A DNA stretch of 64,000 nucleotides from IMG/VR virus record IMGVR_UViG_3300045988_070924, positions 1-64,000 of that record; one strand, given 5' to 3'. Position 1 is the first letter of the stretch; each line of letters opens with the position of its first letter. Positions 1 to 7,022 of the stretch are shown in pieces. Made by a program: the position numbers and the translations under genes. The stretch is from a virus. A model generated the notes under the pieces. It searched no databases. It saw only the letters and a program-made list of their open reading frames with translations, and had not been told where the DNA came from.

Positions 1-312
1 AGCTTCTTCTTCAGTTTCATAAAAAGTACCTATACAAGGAGACCCATAAGAATCTTCATATATATTTATCCAATATTCCTTTTTCTTAGGAGCAAAGAAC
101 AAATCATTTAAACTTACTTCTGCTTTCGGTATATACTTCTGACCATCTCTTGTATAAGTGACTACGTCTTCTTCATCACCTTTATAAACAAGTGCTACAA
201 TAGGCCATTTACCCTTTTTATCTGTGCAGAGAATCCTCGCAGCATAACCATCTCTAGTTACAATTTTTCGGTCTGGATTCTTCAAGTATTCATCTAAATT
301 AAACTGTTTCAT
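1..312 (-). CDS. hypothetical protein (C-terminus outside window); tandem paralog of 316..705
   Basis: Absent from the ORF track because no stop lies in the window. Read by eye from the ATG at 312: MKQFNLDEYLKNPDRKIVTRDGYAARILCTD...LFFAPKKKEYWINIY. Shares the LxEYLKNPxRKIxTxDG and LFFAPxKKExWINIY blocks with the next ORF. Confidence 0.6.
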   Translation of the reverse strand, partial: MKQFNLDEYLKNPDRKIVTRDGYAARILCTDKKGKWPIVALVYKGDEEDVVTYTRDGQKYIPKAEVSLNDLFFAPKKKEYWINIYEDSYGSPCIGTFYETEEEA

Positions 313-315
313 AGT

Positions 316-705
316 TTACTCCTCCCATTGGATTTTAATTGTTGAAATATAGCCCACAAGACCACTTCCTATTGCTGATTCCGCTTCTTCCTTTGTATTA
401 TAAACTTGTGACCCAGGAGTTATCATTGAAGATAGATTATATTTATAAATATTTATCCAACCTTCTTTCTTCTCTGGTGCGAAAAATAAATCATATGGAT
501 TATCTTTCGTTCCTCTTGTTTCTACTCCATCTTCCCAATAAGTCTTAATAATCTCATCTCCATTTGGTATTGTGATTAACGCTACAATTTGCTTTGTATT
601 TAATCCACATCTGTCAACACAAATAATTCGTGCTCTTCTGCCATCCTTTGTAGTAATTTTTCTTTGCGGATTTTTTAAGTATTCTCTTAAGTTAAACGGT
701 CTCAT
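316..705 (-). CDS. hypothetical protein, paralog of 1..312
   Basis: 129-aa ORF tightly packed in the minus-strand block. Shares motif blocks with the upstream partial ORF. Confidence 0.6.
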   Translation of the reverse strand: MRPFNLREYLKNPQRKITTKDGRRARIICVDRCGLNTKQIVALITIPNGDEIIKTYWEDGVETRGTKDNPYDLFFAPEKKEGWINIYKYNLSSMITPGSQVYNTKEEAESAIGSGLVGYISTIKIQWEE

Positions 706-714
706 ATCTTCTTA

Positions 715-1005
715 TTATTTATGTTTGCCATATCCTGCAATTCCTGTGTAACTGCAATTATCCAAGAACTCCTGTGCATCAGCTTTAAGAGTGTTAGTAT
801 TTATTTTGTCCTTATATCTTATGATAAGAGCACAAGCATTTGCTAACTCTTCTGTCTTTTCTCTTGCTGTTTTCTTGAGAGAATCCTCTTTGTGTTTGAC
901 AAGTTCTGCAATTGAAATTGTATCATCTTCTAACAGAGTCATGAGAATAACGTACCTGTCTAATGGGCTTTCTTTCAAGAATTTTATAATTTCCTTGTTA
1001 GTCAT
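715..1005 (-). CDS. hypothetical protein
   Basis: 96-aa ORF, co-oriented, with 3-9 nt spacing to its neighbours. Confidence 0.5.
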   Translation of the reverse strand: MTNKEIIKFLKESPLDRYVILMTLLEDDTISIAELVKHKEDSLKKTAREKTEELANACALIIRYKDKINTNTLKADAQEFLDNCSYTGIAGYGKHK

Positions 1006-1008
1006 AGT

Positions 1009-1221
1009 TTATTCCTCCATTGCTTTTCTGAATTTAATTTCAAACTCATTAAATGAAGATGTTATTATCTCTTCCTTGTGTTCCTTAAACCATTCAAGAG
1101 CTTTTTCTATCATCAACTTTTCTCCTGCTTCAAAACCACATTTCCAAAGATTAAAATCTCGCTCTTGTCTCTTGGCTATTTCGGCTTTACTTGGGCCGGG
1201 TCTCATTATAACTGAACTCAT
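1009..1221 (-). CDS. hypothetical protein
   Basis: 70-aa ORF, co-oriented and tightly packed. Confidence 0.45.
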   Translation of the reverse strand: MSSVIMRPGPSKAEIAKRQERDFNLWKCGFEAGEKLMIEKALEWFKEHKEEIITSSFNEFEIKFRKAMEE

Positions 1222-1273
1222 AATTATTCCTCCTATTTGTTATTTTATGGTTATTATTTAAGTAGTAACAACT

Positions 1274-1504
1274 TTACCACCTACTTGCAAAAGAAGTTTC
1301 TCCCACTCTATCCATTTCTTCTTGATACCTTCCACTATAAAACTCTTCTCTTGCCTTTTTAGCTGCCATTTCCTCTTCAGGAGTTCTTTGATGGTCTATA
1401 ACAAGTTCACCCTTAAAATTTCGAGTAATAAGGTTGGAATATACCTTCATGTTTTTTGGATACTTTGCTAATGCAGAAATTAGCTCTTCTACTGTTGTTA
1501 TCAT
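1274..1504 (-). CDS. hypothetical protein
   Basis: 76-aa ORF, co-oriented. Confidence 0.45.
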   Translation of the reverse strand: MITTVEELISALAKYPKNMKVYSNLITRNFKGELVIDHQRTPEEEMAAKKAREEFYSGRYQEEMDRVGETSFASRW

Positions 1505-1536
1505 ATTATTATATTATTAAAGTTTCTATTAAAAAA

Positions 1537-1661
1537 CTTCCCTGCTTGGACTCGAACCAAGGACCCTGAGATTACAAATCTGAAGTAACTGTAAATATCA
1601 CCACAATTAGGGAACATTCTTCACAGTTCTGTACATGCTCTACCAACTGAGCTACAGGGAA
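1537..1661 (-). tRNA. tRNA-Thr(UGU)-like gene with a 52-nt insertion (1584..1635) between the D arm and the anticodon arm; possibly a chimeric ncRNA or pseudogene
   Basis: Hand fold of the minus strand. Acceptor TTCCCTG/CAGGGAA, D arm GCTC-AGTTGGTA-GAGC, T arm CTTGG-TTCGAGT-CCAAG. Anticodon arm TCAGA-TTTGTAA-TCTCA with one C-C mismatch. Total length 125 nt. The insertion carries the E-family motif AGTTACTTCA. Confidence 0.55.
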
Positions 1662-1672
1662 GTTTAGATTGA

Positions 1673-1755
1673 AAGGCACTATGTAACAATCTTTAGAGTT
1701 CTATTGAAAACTAAGAAACAGTTGAAGTAACTCTAAATATCAACAATAGTGCCTT
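1673..1755 (-). ncRNA. E-family structured element, copy E2 (transcribed strand not established)
   Basis: Outer stem AAGGCACTAT/ATAGTGCCTT and inner stem TTTAGAGTT/AACTCTAAA. Conserved plus-strand motif TGAAGTAACT at 1723-1732. Conserved internal-loop bases. Confidence 0.5.
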
Positions 1756-1759
1756 ATAT

Positions 1760-1857
1760 AAGATATCATAAGAACATTTAGACAGAGGTGTTGTTATATG
1801 AGAGTCAAAAATTGCAAATTTGATGAAGTAACTCTGTCTGTCACTATACAATATCTT
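1760..1857 (-). ncRNA. E-family structured element, copy E3
   Basis: Outer stem AAGATAT/ATATCTT and inner stem AGACAGAG/CTCTGTCT. TGAAGTAACT at 1824-1833. Confidence 0.5.
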
Positions 1858-1864
1858 TATTTAG

Positions 1865-1950
1865 TACCAGAAATGAGACTTGAACTCACACGGGCATTGC
1901 TGCCCAAGGGATTTTAAGTCCCTCGTGTCTACCAATTCCACCATTCTGGC
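1865..1950 (-). tRNA. tRNA-Leu(UAA), class II
   Basis: Acceptor GCCAGAA/TTCTGGT, anticodon arm AGGGA-CTTAAAA-TCCCT, long variable arm, T loop TTCAAGT. Confidence 0.85.
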
Positions 1951-1959
1951 ATTTTAATG

Positions 1960-2033
1960 TAGGGAGTAAGGGACTTGAACCCTTAGTCTTGAGTGTATAA
2001 GACTCCTGCTTTCACCAATTAAGCTAACTCCCT
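1960..2033 (-). tRNA. tRNA-Ile(UAU)
   Basis: 74-nt cloverleaf. Acceptor AGGGAGT/ACTCCCT, anticodon loop CTTATAC, T arm AAGGG-TTCAAGT-CCCTT. Confidence 0.8.
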
Positions 2034-2092
2034 ATAAAACAGGTGTACTTCACAGCAGACCTGTCCATGTTCATCCTCTAAAAGAAGAATTG

Positions 2093-2164
2093 TACCCCCA
2101 GAAGGAATTGAACCCTCATTTAAAGAGTAGAAATCTTTTGTTCTATCCATTGAACTATAGGGGC
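2093..2164 (-). tRNA. tRNA-Arg(UCU)
   Basis: 72-nt cloverleaf. Acceptor GCCCCTA/TGGGGGT, anticodon arm AAAGA-TTTCTAC-TCTTT, T loop TTCAATT. Confidence 0.85.
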
Positions 2165-2192
2165 ATTGAGGCAGACTTGCTGCCTCTTTTCA

Positions 2193-2465
2193 CTATATCT
2201 CTATAGTGGTATCAAAATCATCCCAGTCTTCTTTTTCACTAACCTCGAACATCTCATCATCAATCTTGCTCCAGAAATCTCTACCTTCAGGGGTCTCCGC
2301 CCAAAAGAAAGCCTTATTAACAGTGCTAGGTGACTCTTTACCAAGAAGATAGTATAGTATCTGCTCTGGGGAGTTCATTGCTACTATACAGTTATTTATA
2401 AACTGAGGTAACCAAGGCTGCTTCAATATCCACTCAGATGCTTTCGGATTGACCTCTATTTCCAT
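2193..2465 (-). CDS. hypothetical acidic protein
   Basis: 90-aa ORF immediately downstream of the AAA+ gene in the same operon. Confidence 0.5.
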   Translation of the reverse strand: MEIEVNPKASEWILKQPWLPQFINNCIVAMNSPEQILYYLLGKESPSTVNKAFFWAETPEGRDFWSKIDDEMFEVSEKEDWDDFDTTIEI

Positions 2466-2476
2466 AATATGCCCTC

Positions 2477-3865
2477 CTATTTGCCTCTAAGAATCTGCTT
2501 GATTCCTTCAGCCATTATAGTCTGCATGCTCTGATAGAACTCCTTCTCAGGAGTCATGCTCATATCCTTCTTTCTTGAGAGGTTTACCTGTCTGTCATAA
2601 GCCTTGACAGCATTCTTGAGAATCTCATCAGTTACAAGATTGTTCTCTGCAAAGATAAGTTTACTCTTGATAGATTCAACTATCTCTGCCATGAATGCAG
2701 GTGCTATCTCCATCTTCTCTATAAGGTCGAGGGATTCTTTAAGTTCACCAACCTTATATCCATCTTTGAAGGACTCTTTGATGAATCTCAATGCTGTCTC
2801 CTTATCAAGGCAGTCCATAGTAATTACTGAACCAATTCTCTTTCCTCTGAGGAATGTAGGTTCAATAAGTTCTATGTGGTTGGTAGTGAACAAAGTAATG
2901 ACATTCATATCTTTGGTATCACCACCATCAAGAGTGTTCAGAATATCCTGAAGAGATGCATCTCTTTCTCCTCTTGTAACCTGGTCAATGTCCTCTACAA
3001 AGACTATCACTCCATTGCATGACCTGTCTATGATTTTCACCATCCTCAAGGTCTCTGCAAGAAGAGAAGGGTCCTTAAGATATACAAAAGTCCAATTGTT
3101 CTTGGTAGCCTCTCTTGCAAGTTTGAATGCAAGAAGGGTCTTTCCAGTACCATACTTCCCTTCAAACAGACATCCATACTTAAGAGGAATGCCTGCCTTG
3201 AGACATTTCTCAGGATACAGGATTCTTGACCTCAAAGGCTGAAGGTCAAACTCTGTCTGCTTTGACAAGACCATCAATTGACTATCTATATGGCTGAGGT
3301 TGAGTCTCTTAGGCTCTTTGCCTCTCTCTGTTATCTCAAGAGCCTGATTCTTGTAGATAGAGTTTGTAGCAAGGAGTTCCCTTGTCCTGTCCACGATATC
3401 ATCAATCATGGACTGATACTTAGACTTGCACACTCCTGTTATAACCAGTTCTGAAGTACTATTGGAGTAGTTCAACTCTATATAGGAATCACCACCAAGT
3501 TCAGGCAATGAAATCCTACCAAAAGGTACTTTTGTTCGTGAGCCATCAGCAAGGATAACATCAAAAGTATTGATATTACCAGAGCCTGAAGGACCTGCAT
3601 CTTTCTCAGCCCTTACTGAGCCAAATATCTCTTCAACAGCCTTGTTAAACTGGAATGCACCGTCAGTCTTCCAACATTTGATGTTGTAATTGAGAGATAC
3701 GTCCTGTTCAGACATTTCTATCTCATTCTTGATGAAGGCAAGAACTTCTGCATACTTCATGTCTGACTTACAGGCTGTAATGATACGCTCTTTTTGCTGC
3801 TGTTCAAAGAAATTTACTTTCTTCTTGAGCACATCCTTTGTGCTCTGGATAATTGTTTGTTCCAT
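2477..3865 (-). CDS. classic-clade AAA+ ATPase with an uncharacterised N-terminal domain
   Basis: Walker A GKYGTGKT, Walker B VIVFVEDID, and TNHIELIEPTFLRGKRIG (second region of homology). The ATG at 3865 is preferred over the track start at 3931, which would overlap the upstream ORF. An A-rich spacer precedes the ATG. Confidence 0.8.
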   Translation of the reverse strand: MEQTIIQSTKDVLKKKVNFFEQQQKERIITACKSDMKYAEVLAFIKNEIEMSEQDVSLNYNIKCWKTDGAFQFNKAVEEIFGSVRAEKDAGPSGSGNINTFDVILADGSRTKVPFGRISLPELGGDSYIELNYSNSTSELVITGVCKSKYQSMIDDIVDRTRELLATNSIYKNQALEITERGKEPKRLNLSHIDSQLMVLSKQTEFDLQPLRSRILYPEKCLKAGIPLKYGCLFEGKYGTGKTLLAFKLAREATKNNWTFVYLKDPSLLAETLRMVKIIDRSCNGVIVFVEDIDQVTRGERDASLQDILNTLDGGDTKDMNVITLFTTNHIELIEPTFLRGKRIGSVITMDCLDKETALRFIKESFKDGYKVGELKESLDLIEKMEIAPAFMAEIVESIKSKLIFAENNLVTDEILKNAVKAYDRQVNLSRKKDMSMTPEKEFYQSMQTIMAEGIKQILRGK

Positions 3866-3876
3866 TGTTTTTTTTT

Positions 3877-4122
3877 TTAATAAATACTTGTCAATATGTT
3901 CTTGGCATTTTCTATAGTTGTTGTTAAGCATCCAAACTCTATAATTTCACCACTTTTCCTTATGACCAGATTCTTCTGAGGTATGTTATATCTGTCCATG
4001 TCACCATAGACAGCCTCCTTAAGAAGGTCATAAGGAACAGCAGTGTTCTTACAGAATAGGATTCTTTTCTCAGGGACATAAATTACATCATATCCCTGAA
4101 TGTTTCCTACTGTTTGTCTCAT
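3877..4122 (-). CDS. hypothetical protein between the Ro60-like and AAA+ genes
   Basis: 81-aa ORF. Its start overlaps the stop of the upstream gene by 4 nt. Confidence 0.5.
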   Translation of the reverse strand: MRQTVGNIQGYDVIYVPEKRILFCKNTAVPYDLLKEAVYGDMDRYNIPQKNLVIRKSGEIIEFGCLTTTIENAKNILTSIY

Positions 4123-5528
4123 TCATCAAAAGTATTTTCAATACCTTCATATGCTGCTATGAATGTTAGGAAATTCTCTGAAAAGCCACTTATTTCAGCA
4201 TCCCAAGCACCCTTATAGTTCACACCATGCCTTTCAGATGATACATCACAGATGTAGTTGTGTTTTCCAAAAGGCTTTGGAACTCTCTTATCAGGATAGT
4301 CACAGTCCTGTGAGTCTGAGAATACAATTATTCTATCAAACTCTCCAGTAAACTGTTCTCTTGACCACTCAAGACACTGTCTTGTGAAGATTCCTCCACC
4401 TCCAACCCTACTATTTGCTTTATCTATCTGCTTGAGAAGGTTGAATCCCTTTGAAGGATATTTGATTACTTCTGATTTATGCTCTTTGGTATAGTCATTA
4501 CCAGCAGTTACTACCAACTCAAAGTCTTCACACTGGTTTGCAGCAAGCATAGCCATAGCCTTTGCAGCATCAAGCCTTGTGAGTTTAGACTTACTTGAGA
4601 TTGAAGCATACTTCATAGAACCAGAAGCATCAAGTATGAACAGAGTCCTACCAGGGACTTTAGGAAGATTAGACCATGAAGTTATCATAGCATCTTCTAT
4701 ATCCCTCTCAAACTCAGGATTCATTCTGGCTGCCTGCAAGAAGTTCATAGGCAATAGCATTGAAGCCTTAAGGTTTTCAAAGCCATATTTTATTACTTTC
4801 TTGTCTACATCTGCATCCCTCATGTTTCTCAGGTTTCTAAGGAATGCAAGACCTCCAATCTTATTCTCACTGATGAGTTTGGTCCATGTTTCCTTCTTGT
4901 CTTTTCCTGCTGAAAGCATGGTCTCCCAAGTTTCAGGTACAGGAAGAGTCCTTGAAGCAATCATCTTGAAGAGTTCTGCTTCCTTTTCATCCCAAGGTCT
5001 TGGGTGAACAAGAAACATTACATCTCTGAGTTTTATTGCAGCATCTCTGTCATACTTTGCAAACTTATAGGCATTGAAATTATGAAATGCTGCTGCAAGT
5101 CCTTTCTTTGCCTGATTAGCCAGTGACTTCTTTCCTCCTTTCCAATATATAGAAAGGAAGTCAGTCAGCATATCTGCCCTTGTTATAATCTTTGGTAGCA
5201 AGTCTCTTACAAATAGCCTATGTTCAGGGTACTTGCACATTCCAGATGCCAGAAACAAAGGTGTGTGCCTGAGTTTCTGTAGAGTTCTTGCTGCCAAAGC
5301 AACAGTATATACATCTTCTGCACTACATAGAGGTATGAGCCTTTCAATCTCTTCAGCAATCTTCTTGCCATCACAATAGGCAACATCTTCCCAAAGAAGA
5401 TTAGCCAAGGTGAGTCTTTTAAGAAGAGCAATGTTTGACTGCTTAGCAGCAAGAGCACCACTACCTCCAGCAAGTCTTTCATCTGTAAATTTAGATGTTG
5501 ACTTGATGTTTGGATTCAATTTAGACAT
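4119..5528 (-). CDS. rsr: Ro60/Rsr-like protein (TROVE domain plus vWA domain)
   Basis: The segments FAKYDRDAAIKLRDVMFLVHPRP, ETWTKLISENKIGGLAFLRNLRNM and LLPMNFLQAARM correspond, from memory, to the human Ro60 segments [44 protein letters not shown] and IHPFHILIALETY. The C-terminal vWA domain has the MIDAS motif LFILDASGSM. Confidence 0.85.
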   Translation of the reverse strand: MSKLNPNIKSTSKFTDERLAGGSGALAAKQSNIALLKRLTLANLLWEDVAYCDGKKIAEEIERLIPLCSAEDVYTVALAARTLQKLRHTPLFLASGMCKYPEHRLFVRDLLPKIITRADMLTDFLSIYWKGGKKSLANQAKKGLAAAFHNFNAYKFAKYDRDAAIKLRDVMFLVHPRPWDEKEAELFKMIASRTLPVPETWETMLSAGKDKKETWTKLISENKIGGLAFLRNLRNMRDADVDKKVIKYGFENLKASMLLPMNFLQAARMNPEFERDIEDAMITSWSNLPKVPGRTLFILDASGSMKYASISSKSKLTRLDAAKAMAMLAANQCEDFELVVTAGNDYTKEHKSEVIKYPSKGFNLLKQIDKANSRVGGGGIFTRQCLEWSREQFTGEFDRIIVFSDSQDCDYPDKRVPKPFGKHNYICDVSSERHGVNYKGAWDAEISGFSENFLTFIAAYEGIENTFDE

Positions 5529-5554
5529 AGTAAACTAATGTTTTAATTGTTTGA

Positions 5555-5586
5555 CAAAGGTAAATAAAATAATTGGTATTACCAAA
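5555..5586 (-). promoter_or_regulatory. Bacteroidota-type promoter for the Ro60-like operon
   Basis: On the minus strand: TTTG (5586-5583), a 20-nt spacer, then TACCTTTG (5562-5555), about 27 nt upstream of the ATG at 5528. Confidence 0.6.
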
Positions 5587-5591
5587 TAATT

Positions 5592-5819
5592 TTACATACC
5601 AAACCTTAAATTCCCATTGTTCCCACCAATAAGTTTTTTCTTACCACAATTCAGACATTCACATACTCTGTATCCATTTATTTCAGAGAGTCCAATTGTG
5701 AATAAGGCATTGAAGAATCTTGGGATTCCTGCTCTTTCTCCCAAGTCATTGGTGGTGTAAATCTCATGGGCTGTGGTTCTGCCACATATGGGACAGTACG
5801 TTTGTATAACTCTGGACAT
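5592..5819 (-). CDS. zinc-ribbon protein
   Basis: 75 aa with CPICG...CLNCG (two CxxC pairs). Confidence 0.55.
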   Translation of the reverse strand: MSRVIQTYCPICGRTTAHEIYTTNDLGERAGIPRFFNALFTIGLSEINGYRVCECLNCGKKKLIGGNNGNLRFGM

Positions 5820-6088
5820 TTCTTGATAGTTCTAACAGTGTCTACCCTGACTTTAAGTTCTACTTTATATTTGCCTCTGTCATAATCTATAACAGCCTTG
5901 TTCATGCTTGTTTCTATACTTGCGTAAGAAATAAGTATACATAGACTAAGTGTGGCTACAGTGAGGACCCAACTTGTGATTTTCAGTAGTCTGTCTGTTT
6001 TTTTCTCAAAAGGTGGGAGGCATATCTTACAAACTATACCAAATCCCATCCATAGCAACACACTGAATATAAATTGTCCATAGTCCAT
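5678..6088 (-). CDS. membrane protein; its 3' part overlaps the zinc-ribbon ORF in another frame
   Basis: Two N-terminal hydrophobic helices. The last ~140 nt overlap 5592..5819, so the true C-terminus is uncertain. Confidence 0.4.
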   Translation of the reverse strand: MDYGQFIFSVLLWMGFGIVCKICLPPFEKKTDRLLKITSWVLTVATLSLCILISYASIETSMNKAVIDYDRGKYKVELKVRVDTVRTIKKCPELYKRTVPYVAEPQPMRFTPPMTWEKEQESQDSSMPYSQLDSLK

Positions 6089-6723
6089 TATAATCTTACT
6101 TTATAGTAGTTAAGTCTTGCCTGTAGTGAATCAATATTATGATTAGTAAGTATATGGGTGTGTATAGTTTTTAATTTACTTTCATAATATTTATCAGTAG
6201 CATACCTATTTCCATTTATATCTGTAAAGGAATCAAATAAATCTTCTATTGTTTTGCCATTAAGATAATTGGAGTTCAATAAATATAGATATGGTTCAAC
6301 AGAATCATTTGGATTTTTGTATTTGAATTTAATATCTTCAAGACTATAATTGTCATAAGCACCTACATTCCAGATGCTGTTTGTCCTATAAGCCAATCCT
6401 GTTGTACCAAATTTACTTTCCAATTCTCCTTGAGCTAATACAAAAGAAATAGGTATTTTATACTTTTCACATTTTTCTACAAGAATCAAAGCTCTAAGAT
6501 TTGAATTAGGAGCTATTGAATCTATGTAATTTTGTGTGGCATCTACAAGGTCTGATTTCACACCTTGATATTTTACATGCAATTCCTTCATATATTCAGT
6601 TGCAGTATCATATTCTCCATTCTCACTTTTAGGAAAAGCCCAAGTAAAAGCAAAAATAGCTATGATAGCTACTATTGAAATACAGATAGAATTTAATGTA
6701 ATTCTAAATCTTTCTGTAGTCAT
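6088..6723 (-). CDS. membrane-anchored glucosaminidase-like peptidoglycan hydrolase (tentative)
   Basis: N-terminal TM helix. AQGELESKFGTTGLAYRTNSIWNVGAYD resembles the glucosaminidase/FlgJ-type catalytic block (ESxxG...N.FG). Confidence 0.45.
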   Translation of the reverse strand: MTTERFRITLNSICISIVAIIAIFAFTWAFPKSENGEYDTATEYMKELHVKYQGVKSDLVDATQNYIDSIAPNSNLRALILVEKCEKYKIPISFVLAQGELESKFGTTGLAYRTNSIWNVGAYDNYSLEDIKFKYKNPNDSVEPYLYLLNSNYLNGKTIEDLFDSFTDINGNRYATDKYYESKLKTIHTHILTNHNIDSLQARLNYYKVRL

Positions 6724-7022
6724 GGTTTTTGATTTTTGTTAAATATGCTAAGAATAGCATTCCAGAATTTTACATACCAAGGAACCTTCTTAGCTTCTTC
6801 TCTAGGAGTTTTATAGGCATTTGCAAGTGCACAATCTATTACATAACTATCAATAATATCCCTATTTCTATAATATCTTGAGGAAACTGCCTTTCTAGAT
6901 ATAAGAATATTAAATTTGTTAATTATTTCATCTTGTGCCTGCATGAAAGCCAAAGTATGATTTCTCTGATGATTCAAGATACATTTAGCTATTATCTTGT
7001 CCATCTCTTTTGTCCACTTCAT
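6720..7022 (-). CDS. hypothetical protein
   Basis: 100-aa ORF with a 4-nt overlap to the downstream gene. Confidence 0.5.
   Translation of the reverse strand: MKWTKEMDKIIAKCILNHQRNHTLAFMQAQDEIINKFNILISRKAVSSRYYRNRDIIDSYVIDCALANAYKTPREEAKKVPWYVKFWNAILSIFNKNQKP

Noticed and set aside
1673-1857. E-family elements as degenerate tRNAs or anticodon-arm mimics. Their outer stems are 7-10 bp and followed by TA, and the apical regions contain TTTGCAA-, TTTTGGG- and CTCTAAA-like strings.
   Set aside because: No D arm or T arm can be drawn. The anticodon-like strings are not flanked by 5-bp stems with 7-nt loops. Such strings are expected by chance in AT-rich sequence.
1673-1857. E-family elements as small self-cleaving ribozymes (hammerhead-like, because of TGATGAAG / GAAGTAA).
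   Set aside because: The CUGANGA ... GAAA core, with three helices in the required order, is not present in all copies. I could not fit any known small-ribozyme consensus.
2168-2190. Hairpin GAGGCAG-ACTTG-CTGCCTC followed by TTTT, between ORF 2193..2465 and tRNA-Arg, considered as a terminator.
   Set aside because: The T-run lies on the plus strand while all flanking genes are on the minus strand, and on that strand no U-run follows the hairpin. It is more likely a processing or stability hairpin, or fortuitous.
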